Source: Candidatus Hadarchaeota archaeon (lineage in GTDB: Archaea; Hadarchaeota; Hadarchaeia; Hadarchaeales; JAWBSP01). Taken from it: a stretch of DNA of 64,000 bases. The DNA is taken from contig CAYYWO010000004.1 of NCBI GenBank assembly GCA_964474885.1, forward strand, positions 20,229 to 84,228. Reading direction: 5' to 3'. A program made the translations under genes and the position numbers. Of the stretch, positions 1 to 7,642 are shown piece by piece. The first letter of the stretch is position 1, and each line of letters begins with the position of its first letter. Under the pieces are notes generated by a model that did not search any database, had not been told where the DNA came from, and saw only the letters and a program-made list of their open reading frames with translations.

Positions 1-1523
1 TAAAGCCCGATCGTCCTTCCCTCGGATTGAACCTCCACCACCCTGCCCTCCATGAAGCTGGGGTGGCTGCCCTCCCTGTGCACCGCGTGAAAGCGTAGCT
101 CTCTCAAAACCGCCTCCACCACTGCTTTGATCTGCGTGAAGTTCCCGCCCACCCACGCGGCGGCAAGCTTCCTGTACGTGGCTACAGTCTCTCCCTTAAG
201 CTGGGGGATCACCACATCACCCACCTCGAAGAACTTTTGAGGCAACTCATAGATCCTGTTTCTCGCACAGGTCTGCATGAGGGAAGGTAGAAGCCAAGTT
301 CTCAGGATGGTGAATTCCTCCGACACCGGGTTGGCCACCTCGACCGCTTCCCCCCGGACGAGCATTTGCTCGAAGTTCACCCTTGGATTCGTCAGGATGT
401 AGTTCATCACCTGGGTAAAACCCAGGCCCAGCATAACCAGCCTAGCCTTCCTCGAGACTTCTTCCAAGGGGTGCGTGCCCCCGACGGTGGCCACCCTCGG
501 TTGGACGGGTTCAATCCTGTCGTAGCCGTAGCCTATCGCCAGCTCCTCTATGAGGTCCACCTCGTGCATCAGATCCACACGGTAGGGAGGAGCCAGCACT
601 CGATCCCCGCGCGGCTCGAACCTCATTCGCCTTAGTATCTTCCGGGCTTCCTTAGGGGTCAGTCTGATACCCAAGTACTTGCAGGCCCTCCTCAGATCGA
701 ACTTCATCGGAGAGGGTGTCAAGCTCAAGCGCCTCACCCTGGGGACGATCTTGACCTCTTCTAAGGTGAAGCCCCGCTCCGCCAAAGCACACATAAGTAT
801 CTTTAGGGTGTTCACGACCACCCTCTCATCCGTACCGGTTACGTCGATGAAGAGGTTCCTCGTTCGGACAGTGACCTTGGTGTCCTCGCTGTTGACGATG
901 GGGGGCATAGAAAGCACCGTGCCCCTCGAATCCACGAGGATGGGATACCTGTCCTTCCCCTCGAGCAGGTGCGCGAACTCTGCTCCCTTTGGATGCTTCC
1001 TGAGGATCTCATCCAGGGACATCCTCTCTGACATGCCAAGGGGAACAAAGCTCACCTGATCGGGCTGGACTGCTCTGTAATAAATGGGGGGCGTGATAGT
1101 ATCGAGGTCATAAACCCCTATCGATGCTTTCCTTCTCCGCCTGCAGTAGGTCTCGTGTAGCTTTTCTTGCGCCTGCATGAGGGAGATCAGACTCTCCTCG
1201 GTGAGGTTGACCCTCCTCACCACGCAGGCTCGGATGAAGGGCCTGACCTGCCTGACCGACTCCTCCACCTGCAGCTCGATCCTAGGCTTCCTCACCCTGT
1301 ACCTTCGCAGGCCTGTTTGGACACCCAGCATGCCCTTCACGAGCCTAGCCACTCCCTCGATGGTGAGCAGGTCTGGACGGTTGTGGGGCACCTCCACCCT
1401 CAGCTCCTGCCCGACGATTTCCGCCTCCATGCCTGCTTGGTCAAGTACCCGGATGACGCTTGTGACATCTCGCCTCCCGACCAGCTGCCCGAAGTCGCTC
1501 AAGTTTAGATTGACCACCGGCAT
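1..1523 (-). CDS. pheT: phenylalanine--tRNA ligase beta subunit (runs off left edge)
   Basis: Own translation from ATG at 1523: MPVVNLNLSDFGQL...EVPHNRPDLLTIEG...QEKLHETYCRRRRKASIGVYD; TAATG overlap with pheS stop; absent from ORF track because truncated. Confidence 0.95.
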   Translation of the reverse strand, partial: MPVVNLNLSDFGQLVGRRDVTSVIRVLDQAGMEAEIVGQELRVEVPHNRPDLLTIEGVARLVKGMLGVQTGLRRYRVRKPRIELQVEESVRQVRPFIRACVVRRVNLTEESLISLMQAQEKLHETYCRRRRKASIGVYDLDTITPPIYYRAVQPDQVSFVPLGMSERMSLDEILRKHPKGAEFAHLLEGKDRYPILVDSRGTVLSMPPIVNSEDTKVTVRTRNLFIDVTGTDERVVVNTLKILMCALAERGFTLEEVKIVPRVRRLSLTPSPMKFDLRRACKYLGIRLTPKEARKILRRMRFEPRGDRVLAPPYRVDLMHEVDLIEELAIGYGYDRIEPVQPRVATVGGTHPLEEVSRKARLVMLGLGFTQVMNYILTNPRVNFEQMLVRGEAVEVANPVSEEFTILRTWLLPSLMQTCARNRIYELPQKFFEVGDVVIPQLKGETVATYRKLAAAWVGGNFTQIKAVVEAVLRELRFHAVHREGSHPSFMEGRVVEVQSEGRTIGL

Positions 1524-2986
1524 TATCCGCTCCTCAGCCAGTTTAGATCATTGGAGAAAAGCATGCGGATGTCGTCCACGCCCAGCCTTAGCATTATGAG
1601 GCGGGAAAGACCTATCCCCCAAGCTAGGACGGGCTGCCTTATCCCTAGGGGGAGCAACAGTTCGGGTCTGAACATCCCCGCCCCCAGGACCTCAACCCAC
1701 TCTCCCCTTGCTTCATGATAAACGAGCGCCTCGGCTGAGGGCTCAGTGTAGGGGAAGTACGAGGGGCGGAACCTTACCCGCTCGAAACCCAGCTTCCGGA
1801 GAATCTCCTTCAGGTACCCGAACATGTCCCTAAGAGTCAGACCCTCTTGCATGACTATCCCCTCGCACTGGTAAAACTCAGCTAGGTGCTTGTAGTCTAT
1901 TTTGTCGTGTCTGAAGACTCTGCCTATGCTGAAGATTTTGACGGGGGGTGCAGGCCTGCCCGAGAGATACCTAACCGTCGCGGCGGTCGTCTGGGAGCAC
2001 AGGAGAAGCCTCCTGCTGATGTTGAAATCGAAACGATACCCCCAGCCTCTCGAGCCCCCCACTCCCCGCTCGTGAGCGACCGCCACCTTTCTCGCGAGCT
2101 CCTCAGGGATCTCTCCCAAGGATGGTTTCTTCAGGGTCAGACTGTCGTGGATCTCCCTAGCGGGGTGATCCTGGGCTTGGAAGAGGGCGTCGAAGTTCCA
2201 GAACTCTGTTTCCACGATGCGGCTCGGGATCTCTTGAAAACCCAAACTAATCAGTACTTCCCTCACCTCGTCTATAACCCTTTGCTGCGGATGCAGTCTA
2301 GCGGGATAAACTGGGGAAACAGGAGCGAGCACGTTGTAGCGCTTGAACTTCACTTCCCTCCACTTTCCGCTGACGAGCAATTCTGTCGTCAGCTCGGAGA
2401 CCTCCTCCTCGGGTGGCGGGACCTCTGTTTTCTTCCCCAGCTCGGTGAGTGAGACGTGACGCGAGACTCTTTTTTCCAAGTGCACCAGGCCACGTCTGCA
2501 CAAAACCTGTAACTCGGGATCCACTCGCTCAATCACCTGCCCCTTGCTCGCCCTCCTGAGCCAGGCCTCCTCGGGCCACGTCTCGTCCCTGAGCCTCAGG
2601 CCCTCCTCAGTTGGTCTCAAAAGGTTGTTCTCTATTTTGACGAGCTTCTTCCGCCTCAGCCAGCCTAAGGCTATCCGCATTTCCTGATCACTCAGCCGTG
2701 CCTTCCTCTTCGCTTCATCTAGGGGCATCTCCTTCTCGAGCACCCTGAGCAAGCACTTCTCGGGCAAGCCTTGCTGGAGGTATTTCAGACCTTCCTCCGA
2801 CAGAGATAGGTGATACTTGGTCTCCTCGGAGACCCTCACAAGGCCTGCCTCCTTCAAGGCCAGAATCCCCCTCATGACGGCTGCCTGGTCCATTTGGGCG
2901 AGCTGCGCCAGCTGCTCAACCGTCCCCTCCCCGCACTCCTTCAGCTTGAGCAGGACCACCCGGGACTCCCTGTTCAGGTCAGACAT
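1523..2986 (-). CDS. pheS: phenylalanine--tRNA ligase alpha subunit (archaeal type)
   Basis: FWNFDALFQAQDHPAREIHDS, FRPSYFPYTEPS, GAGMFRPE motifs; N-terminal extension typical of archaea. Confidence 0.97.
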   Translation of the reverse strand: MSDLNRESRVVLLKLKECGEGTVEQLAQLAQMDQAAVMRGILALKEAGLVRVSEETKYHLSLSEEGLKYLQQGLPEKCLLRVLEKEMPLDEAKRKARLSDQEMRIALGWLRRKKLVKIENNLLRPTEEGLRLRDETWPEEAWLRRASKGQVIERVDPELQVLCRRGLVHLEKRVSRHVSLTELGKKTEVPPPEEEVSELTTELLVSGKWREVKFKRYNVLAPVSPVYPARLHPQQRVIDEVREVLISLGFQEIPSRIVETEFWNFDALFQAQDHPAREIHDSLTLKKPSLGEIPEELARKVAVAHERGVGGSRGWGYRFDFNISRRLLLCSQTTAATVRYLSGRPAPPVKIFSIGRVFRHDKIDYKHLAEFYQCEGIVMQEGLTLRDMFGYLKEILRKLGFERVRFRPSYFPYTEPSAEALVYHEARGEWVEVLGAGMFRPELLLPLGIRQPVLAWGIGLSRLIMLRLGVDDIRMLFSNDLNWLRSG

Positions 2987-3966
2987 TACCTCTTATTTTC
3001 CCGCTTTTTGAAATGCTCGTAGCCGAGCTCTGGAAGTGGCTTGAGTCTGTCATCGACTTTCAAGAAGACCCCCTTCCCCTTCTCAATCTTGCCCACTCTG
3101 ATCATCGAACAACCTACCTCTCGTAGCGCGCGCTCGAGCTTCCGCTCAATCTTCCGCGGGTAAGTGAAGACTAGCTCGTAGTCATCGCCGCCGAAGAGGG
3201 CAAAGTCCATGGGGTCCTTCCCCACAGCCTCCGCGTACTCCCTGGCAAGTCCGTGGACAGGTACCCTCTCCAGCAGGATTCTCACCCCGCTTGCCCGGGC
3301 GAGCTGCCGGAGATCCGTCACCAATCCATCTGAGACATCGATAGCTGCGGAAGCCCCAGCCCGGGCGAGAACCTCACCTTCTCGCACCCTCGCCTTGGGC
3401 CTCAGGAAGGTGCGAACCAGCTTGGACCATCTCCCGGACTCTCCATGCCCAAGGGCGTGCAGACCGGCGGAGGCAGCCCCAACCGGACCCGTTAGCCCAA
3501 TGTATTCCCCCGGTTTGGCACCGCTTCTGGTGAGCACCCTGTCTGCATAGCCCACAGCAAAACCCGATATGCAGAGGGTCCCGTGCTCAGCCAAGTCCCC
3601 GCCTACCACCGGGGCATCGAAGACCCTGCCCGCCTGCTGGATGCCTTTGAACAGCTTCCTGAAGAATTCTAGCTCCGTGCTGGCCGGCATGAGGACGCAA
3701 AACAGCAGCGCTGAGGGATGTGCACCCATAGCCGCTAGATCGCTCAGGCTCGCCACCGCCGCCCTCCACCCGATGTCCTCAGGGGAGATGCCAGAGGGGA
3801 AGTGGACGCCCTCGACCAAGGAGTCTGAAGTAACCACAGTTAGCCTCCCCTGGTTCTTAACCGCGGCTGCATCATCCCCCACACCGACCTCGACCCGGGG
3901 ATGGCCCCAGCTTGCCCTTCTGATGATGTCTATCAGCTTCCTCTCCCCGATATCTCTCAGCCTCAT
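2986..3966 (-). CDS. thiL: thiamine-monophosphate kinase
   Basis: GE..LI, VGDDAA, DSLVEGVHF, SDLAAMGA, GGD, DVSDGL, GGDDYEL motifs. Confidence 0.95.
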   Translation of the reverse strand: MRLRDIGERKLIDIIRRASWGHPRVEVGVGDDAAAVKNQGRLTVVTSDSLVEGVHFPSGISPEDIGWRAAVASLSDLAAMGAHPSALLFCVLMPASTELEFFRKLFKGIQQAGRVFDAPVVGGDLAEHGTLCISGFAVGYADRVLTRSGAKPGEYIGLTGPVGAASAGLHALGHGESGRWSKLVRTFLRPKARVREGEVLARAGASAAIDVSDGLVTDLRQLARASGVRILLERVPVHGLAREYAEAVGKDPMDFALFGGDDYELVFTYPRKIERKLERALREVGCSMIRVGKIEKGKGVFLKVDDRLKPLPELGYEHFKKRENKR

Positions 3967-4325
3967 TTATAGAGGGGGAGGTGACCCGTCACCCTATCTA
4001 TCCGTTCCGAGTAGTCCGGCCCTATAGCCAGGACCGTCACCGTACCGGGCGGCAGCTCTGTCAGTCCGGCATCGACCACCAGGCTCGCCTCCAAACCTTC
4101 CCGTTCAGCCCTCTCCTTCAGCCCCTTAAGTTCCTCCTCATCCTCCGCGAGTAGGACTACCTTCTTCTGTCCCTCCGCCAGCCAGCCCCTATAAATCTCA
4201 GGTTTCCTCTTGCGGGTATTCTCCGCCGCTGTGACCGCTCCGTGCGCCACTTGGGCCGCCAGCTTTCCCGGGCTCATCTTTAAATCGCCCCTTACTACCA
4301 AGACCTGCTTAAACTTGAACCTCAT
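3963..4325 (-). CDS. pth: peptidyl-tRNA hydrolase Pth2
   Basis: DLKMSPGKLAAQVAH, GQKKVVL, DAGLTEL, AIGP motifs. Confidence 0.96.
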   Translation of the reverse strand: MRFKFKQVLVVRGDLKMSPGKLAAQVAHGAVTAAENTRKRKPEIYRGWLAEGQKKVVLLAEDEEELKGLKERAEREGLEASLVVDAGLTELPPGTVTVLAIGPDYSERIDRVTGHLPLYK

Positions 4326-4788
4326 GGTCTAGCCACGAGCCACAACGCGTGCACTGCCTGGCATCGGGCGGATTCTCTTGTCCACAGTACGGGCACCTGA
4401 TCAATCGGGTCTCCGGCTGAGGAGAGGCTTTTTTGGATTTGGGAAGCTTTGCCTTTACGTACCCCAAGCACCTCGTGAGCTTGGGGAGTCCAGTCCTCAC
4501 ATACCCCCAATACCTGTAGACCACGAGCAGGCCTCCCCTCAGGAACGCTGCAAAACCCAAAACTCCAGACGAGATGAGGAGGAGCCCCAGGAAGGGCCGC
4601 CAGAGCAAGCCCAGGTATTTCGCCAGAAAGAAGCCCACGAATATCAGCGCGATCAGCCCCAGGCCAAAGCTGGCCCCCAGCCTCTCCCAAAAGTCCAAGT
4701 CCTCAGGCCTGGGGAACAGGACGAGCGAGAAGAGGAAACCAGGTGCTAAAATGATCAGCAGGCCTACGAGGAGCATCAGGACGTCCAT
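4309..4788 (-). CDS. DUF1616-like membrane protein with C-terminal double zinc ribbon
   Basis: LAPGF..LFP...LDFWERLGASFGL; three TM segments; CPYCG...CTRCG. Confidence 0.7.
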   Translation of the reverse strand: MDVLMLLVGLLIILAPGFLFSLVLFPRPEDLDFWERLGASFGLGLIALIFVGFFLAKYLGLLWRPFLGLLLISSGVLGFAAFLRGGLLVVYRYWGYVRTGLPKLTRCLGYVKAKLPKSKKASPQPETRLIRCPYCGQENPPDARQCTRCGSWLDHEVQV

Positions 4789-4962
4789 TGTAAACGGGGA
4801 GCCAACTTATGAATAGTGAACGGTTTACAATCTTGGAACGGATGACACCAGGAGGTCAGGGTGCCACAGGACCTAGAGGATGCCAATTCAGGCTCACGTA
4901 ACACTTCTCTTGGTTCCTCCGTTTCTCTCGCTCTGGTTCCTCGCTGTCAGCAACAGAGGTCA

Positions 4963-5019
4963 AACTGTTTATAACAGATAAACAGTTCGTGTGAAGTGTT
5001 GATAACGGATGAACACTTC
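4963..5019. repeat. tandem pair of imperfect 25-bp palindromes (period 31 bp)
   Basis: aactgtttataacagataaacagtt (4963-4987) and aagtgttgataacggatgaacactt (4994-5018), 20/25 identical, each largely self-complementary. Confidence 0.8.
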
Positions 5020-5101
5020 GCGAAATTTGTCGTGTTGAAGAGTTCAAACGAACCGTATCTAATCTTCGGAACTCCTCTTCGGCCACGCAGGGGTACTGCA
5101 C

Positions 5102-5671
5102 CTAGCGTAGCTTTGCGCCTTTGCGAGCCAGCGTGTGTTTCAACACTTCCCGAACGGTTCCAGCGGGGGCGAGTTTTTTAGCCAGAGCAAAGGCGAAGGC
5201 CATGGCGGTCCCCGGACCTTGACTGGTTATTATGTTCTTGTCCACCACGACTATTGCCTTCTTTGGCTTCCCCCCACCCCTCCGCAGCTCCTTCTCCAGC
5301 CCCGGGTAGATGGTGCAGCTCTTTCCCCTGAGCACACCTGCTTCCGACAGAGCGGCCGGACCCCCGCAGATCGCCCCGATCAGCTTTCCTTGCTGATTCG
5401 CTTCCTGCAGGAGCTTCAGGACTCTCTGATCCTTCTTCAGGTTCTCCCAGCCTGGGGAGCCGCCGGGGCATATGAACGCGTCGAATTCCTCCACCCGGAC
5501 CTCCTCTACTGGGACATCTGCCTCCACCTTGACACCGTGGGAGCTCTCGATCGGTCCGCGCTGCAGTCCGGCAGTTGTCACCTCAACCCCGCACCTCCTC
5601 AAGATATCAATGACCGTCATCGTCTCTATCTCCTCGAAGCCTGGTGCCAGAAAGACCACCGCGCGAGCCAT
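5102..5671 (-). CDS. DJ-1/PfpI/ThiJ family protein
   Basis: GFEEIE, CPGG, AICGGP nucleophile elbow, ITSQGPGTA. Confidence 0.93.
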   Translation of the reverse strand: MARAVVFLAPGFEEIETMTVIDILRRCGVEVTTAGLQRGPIESSHGVKVEADVPVEEVRVEEFDAFICPGGSPGWENLKKDQRVLKLLQEANQQGKLIGAICGGPAALSEAGVLRGKSCTIYPGLEKELRRGGGKPKKAIVVVDKNIITSQGPGTAMAFAFALAKKLAPAGTVREVLKHTLARKGAKLR

Positions 5672-5729
5672 CTAACTACTTGTTTGGTTTAAATTTGTCA
5701 TCGTTTTCAACTCGCTCTCCACAGCTCTG

Positions 5730-6302
5730 ATGATAACCGAGATCGGCAGGATCTTCCTGTCAATGCTCGTGATAATGGACCCCTTCGGAAGCATACCCAT
5801 CTTCCTGAATGCCATCCGGCGGAGCCAAGAGACCGTACCCCGGGCCTCACGCTACTCCGTGGGCGTCGCGGCCGGGGTTCTTTACTTCTTCCTCTTCTTA
5901 GGTAAGCCCTTCATGGAGCTCTTCGACATCGAGTTCTACTCCTTCGCGATCGGAGGGGGCATGGTGCTTGCCATACTCGCCCTTGAGCTCATCCTGGGGA
6001 AGGAGTTCGGGAGGACCCAAACGGGTGCCCCCCTGGCCCTCGTCGGCAGCCCCATCCTCACGGGGCCTGGCACCATCTTCATGACTATTTACTTCGTGGA
6101 GATGTACGGCTACTTCGCCACCTTTGTCGGATCGGCACTTTCCCTGGCCTGCTGCTGGGTCATCCTCTCCCTCTCGGCCCAGATCAACGAGAAGCTTGGG
6201 CAGCAGGCGCTTGAGATAATTTCCAGGATCATGGGGCTGTGCCTGATCACCATCGCCACGAACATCGTGATAGGCGGGATCAGGCAGGCCTTCGCGGGCT
6301 GA
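5730..6302 (+). CDS. MarC family membrane protein
   Basis: IMDPFGSIPIF, F.IGGG, P.L.GPG, SRIMGL motifs; multiple TM segments. Confidence 0.9.
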   Translation: MITEIGRIFLSMLVIMDPFGSIPIFLNAIRRSQETVPRASRYSVGVAAGVLYFFLFLGKPFMELFDIEFYSFAIGGGMVLAILALELILGKEFGRTQTGAPLALVGSPILTGPGTIFMTIYFVEMYGYFATFVGSALSLACCWVILSLSAQINEKLGQQALEIISRIMGLCLITIATNIVIGGIRQAFAG

Positions 6303-7324
6303 TGGGAGAGATAGACTTTCGCTTAGTGTGGTTCGACTCCTTAGGAGCCAAGTCCTCCTGTACCCTCGTCAAAACACCTGAGGTCAGTATCCTCATCGAC
6401 CCGGGAGTTGCCATCATGCACCCCAGCTTCCCGGCCCCTCTGGCCAAAAAGGTCTACTGGACCCTCAGAGCGAAGCGGGAGATAAAGAAGGCCGCGAGGG
6501 AGGCTAGCGTCGTAATAATCTCCCACTACCACTACGACCACTTCACGGATTTCGACGCTAGCATTTACCGGAAGAAACTCATTTTGGCGAAAAACCCGAA
6601 TGAATACATCAACGACTCGCAGAGGGAGAGAGCCGAGCACTTTTACGGGAACCTCTTCAGGTACTTCGGGAAGCCGGGAGAACTCCCTGAGACAAGGAGA
6701 GAATATCCCGACCCCATGTCCCAGCTACCAAAAGCCTCCCGGAAGGATTTTGGCAACTATTCCAAGAGGCGGAAGGAGTTGCTGAACCAGGGACTCAAGT
6801 GGTTCCGGAAGAGAGTCGAGAAGTGGAGGGGCTACGAGCCTATCCCGGAGGGAAAGATGAAAACCGGCGAGCTCAGGTGGGCGGAAGGACGGGAGTTCAG
6901 GTTCGGTAAAACCAGAGTGAGACTGGTTGGGCCCCTCTTCCACGGGATAGAGTTCTCCAGGGTGGGGTGGGTCTTCGCGACGGTCATACAGAGGGGTAAG
7001 GAAAAGTTCATCCATTCATCCGACCTAAACGGCCCAATAATCGAGGATTACGCGGACTGGATAGCCTCCGAAAAGCCAGACGTCCTGATCCTGGACGGCC
7101 CAATGACTTATATGCTGGGTTACACGCTAGCGCAGACCACGCTCAAGCGCTGTGTGGAGAATGCCCTGCGGATTCTCGACTCCGCCGGCCTTATTATATA
7201 TGACCACCACCTTCCCCGGGAGCCCAAGTTCAGGAAGAGAACAGAGGAGGTTTGGCAAAAGGGTGGGGATCGGGTGATGACAGCCGCCGAGTTCTTGGGT
7301 AAGAAGCCCGTGGTTCTAGGTTGA
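6302..7324 (+). CDS. metallo-beta-lactamase fold hydrolase, UPF0282/COG2248-like
   Basis: DSLGAKS, IDPGVA, SHYHYDH, DGP.TY, YDHH; start moved to ATG 6302 (TGATG overlap with MarC). Confidence 0.85.
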   Translation: MGEIDFRLVWFDSLGAKSSCTLVKTPEVSILIDPGVAIMHPSFPAPLAKKVYWTLRAKREIKKAAREASVVIISHYHYDHFTDFDASIYRKKLILAKNPNEYINDSQRERAEHFYGNLFRYFGKPGELPETRREYPDPMSQLPKASRKDFGNYSKRRKELLNQGLKWFRKRVEKWRGYEPIPEGKMKTGELRWAEGREFRFGKTRVRLVGPLFHGIEFSRVGWVFATVIQRGKEKFIHSSDLNGPIIEDYADWIASEKPDVLILDGPMTYMLGYTLAQTTLKRCVENALRILDSAGLIIYDHHLPREPKFRKRTEEVWQKGGDRVMTAAEFLGKKPVVLG

Positions 7325-7384
7325 AAAGTTAACTCGCTTAAAATAGCACACCCTGAGTTCGGGATTGTAAACTTTCGGCCCGGG

Positions 7385-7505
7385 AGTCTCTCAACCTCCT
7401 CCGGCCCCCACGTCATCCAGCCTCTGCCCATCCACTGCTGGCGATGACGGGAATGGTTATGCTGCATACACGGCCGTGAGCAAGTCCATCAAACTCCTCC
7501 ACATC
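7385..7505 (-). pseudogene. possible frameshifted HisA/HisF barrel remnant
   Basis: Joining frames gives FD.DLLTAVYAA.TIPVIASSG..G.LDDV, resembling the HisA/F phosphate-binding segment. Confidence 0.3.
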
Positions 7506-7606
7506 CCCCGCCTATTAGGCGGAGCTCCTCTTTAAGTGTAAACAAGATGATGCCAGATTTTTCTCCAGTAAATTAAAATTTTTCGAAGGCCATCGAAAAT
7601 TTGAGG

Positions 7607-7616
7607 TATTTAAAAA
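7607..7616 (+). promoter_or_regulatory. putative TATA box of giant surface-protein gene
   Basis: tatttaaaaa about 27-36 nt upstream of the 7643 start. Confidence 0.5.
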
Positions 7617-7642
7617 GCCGATGGTATTGAAGTTACTCACTT

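Noticed and set aside
4963-4987. Xer/dif site or replication-origin ORB
   Set aside because: Arm and spacer geometry does not clearly fit the 11-6-11 dif pattern; no G-string ORB or cdc6 nearby
4963-5019. Mini-CRISPR array
   Set aside because: Only two 25-bp units separated by 6 nt, too short for a spacer; no cas genes in the window
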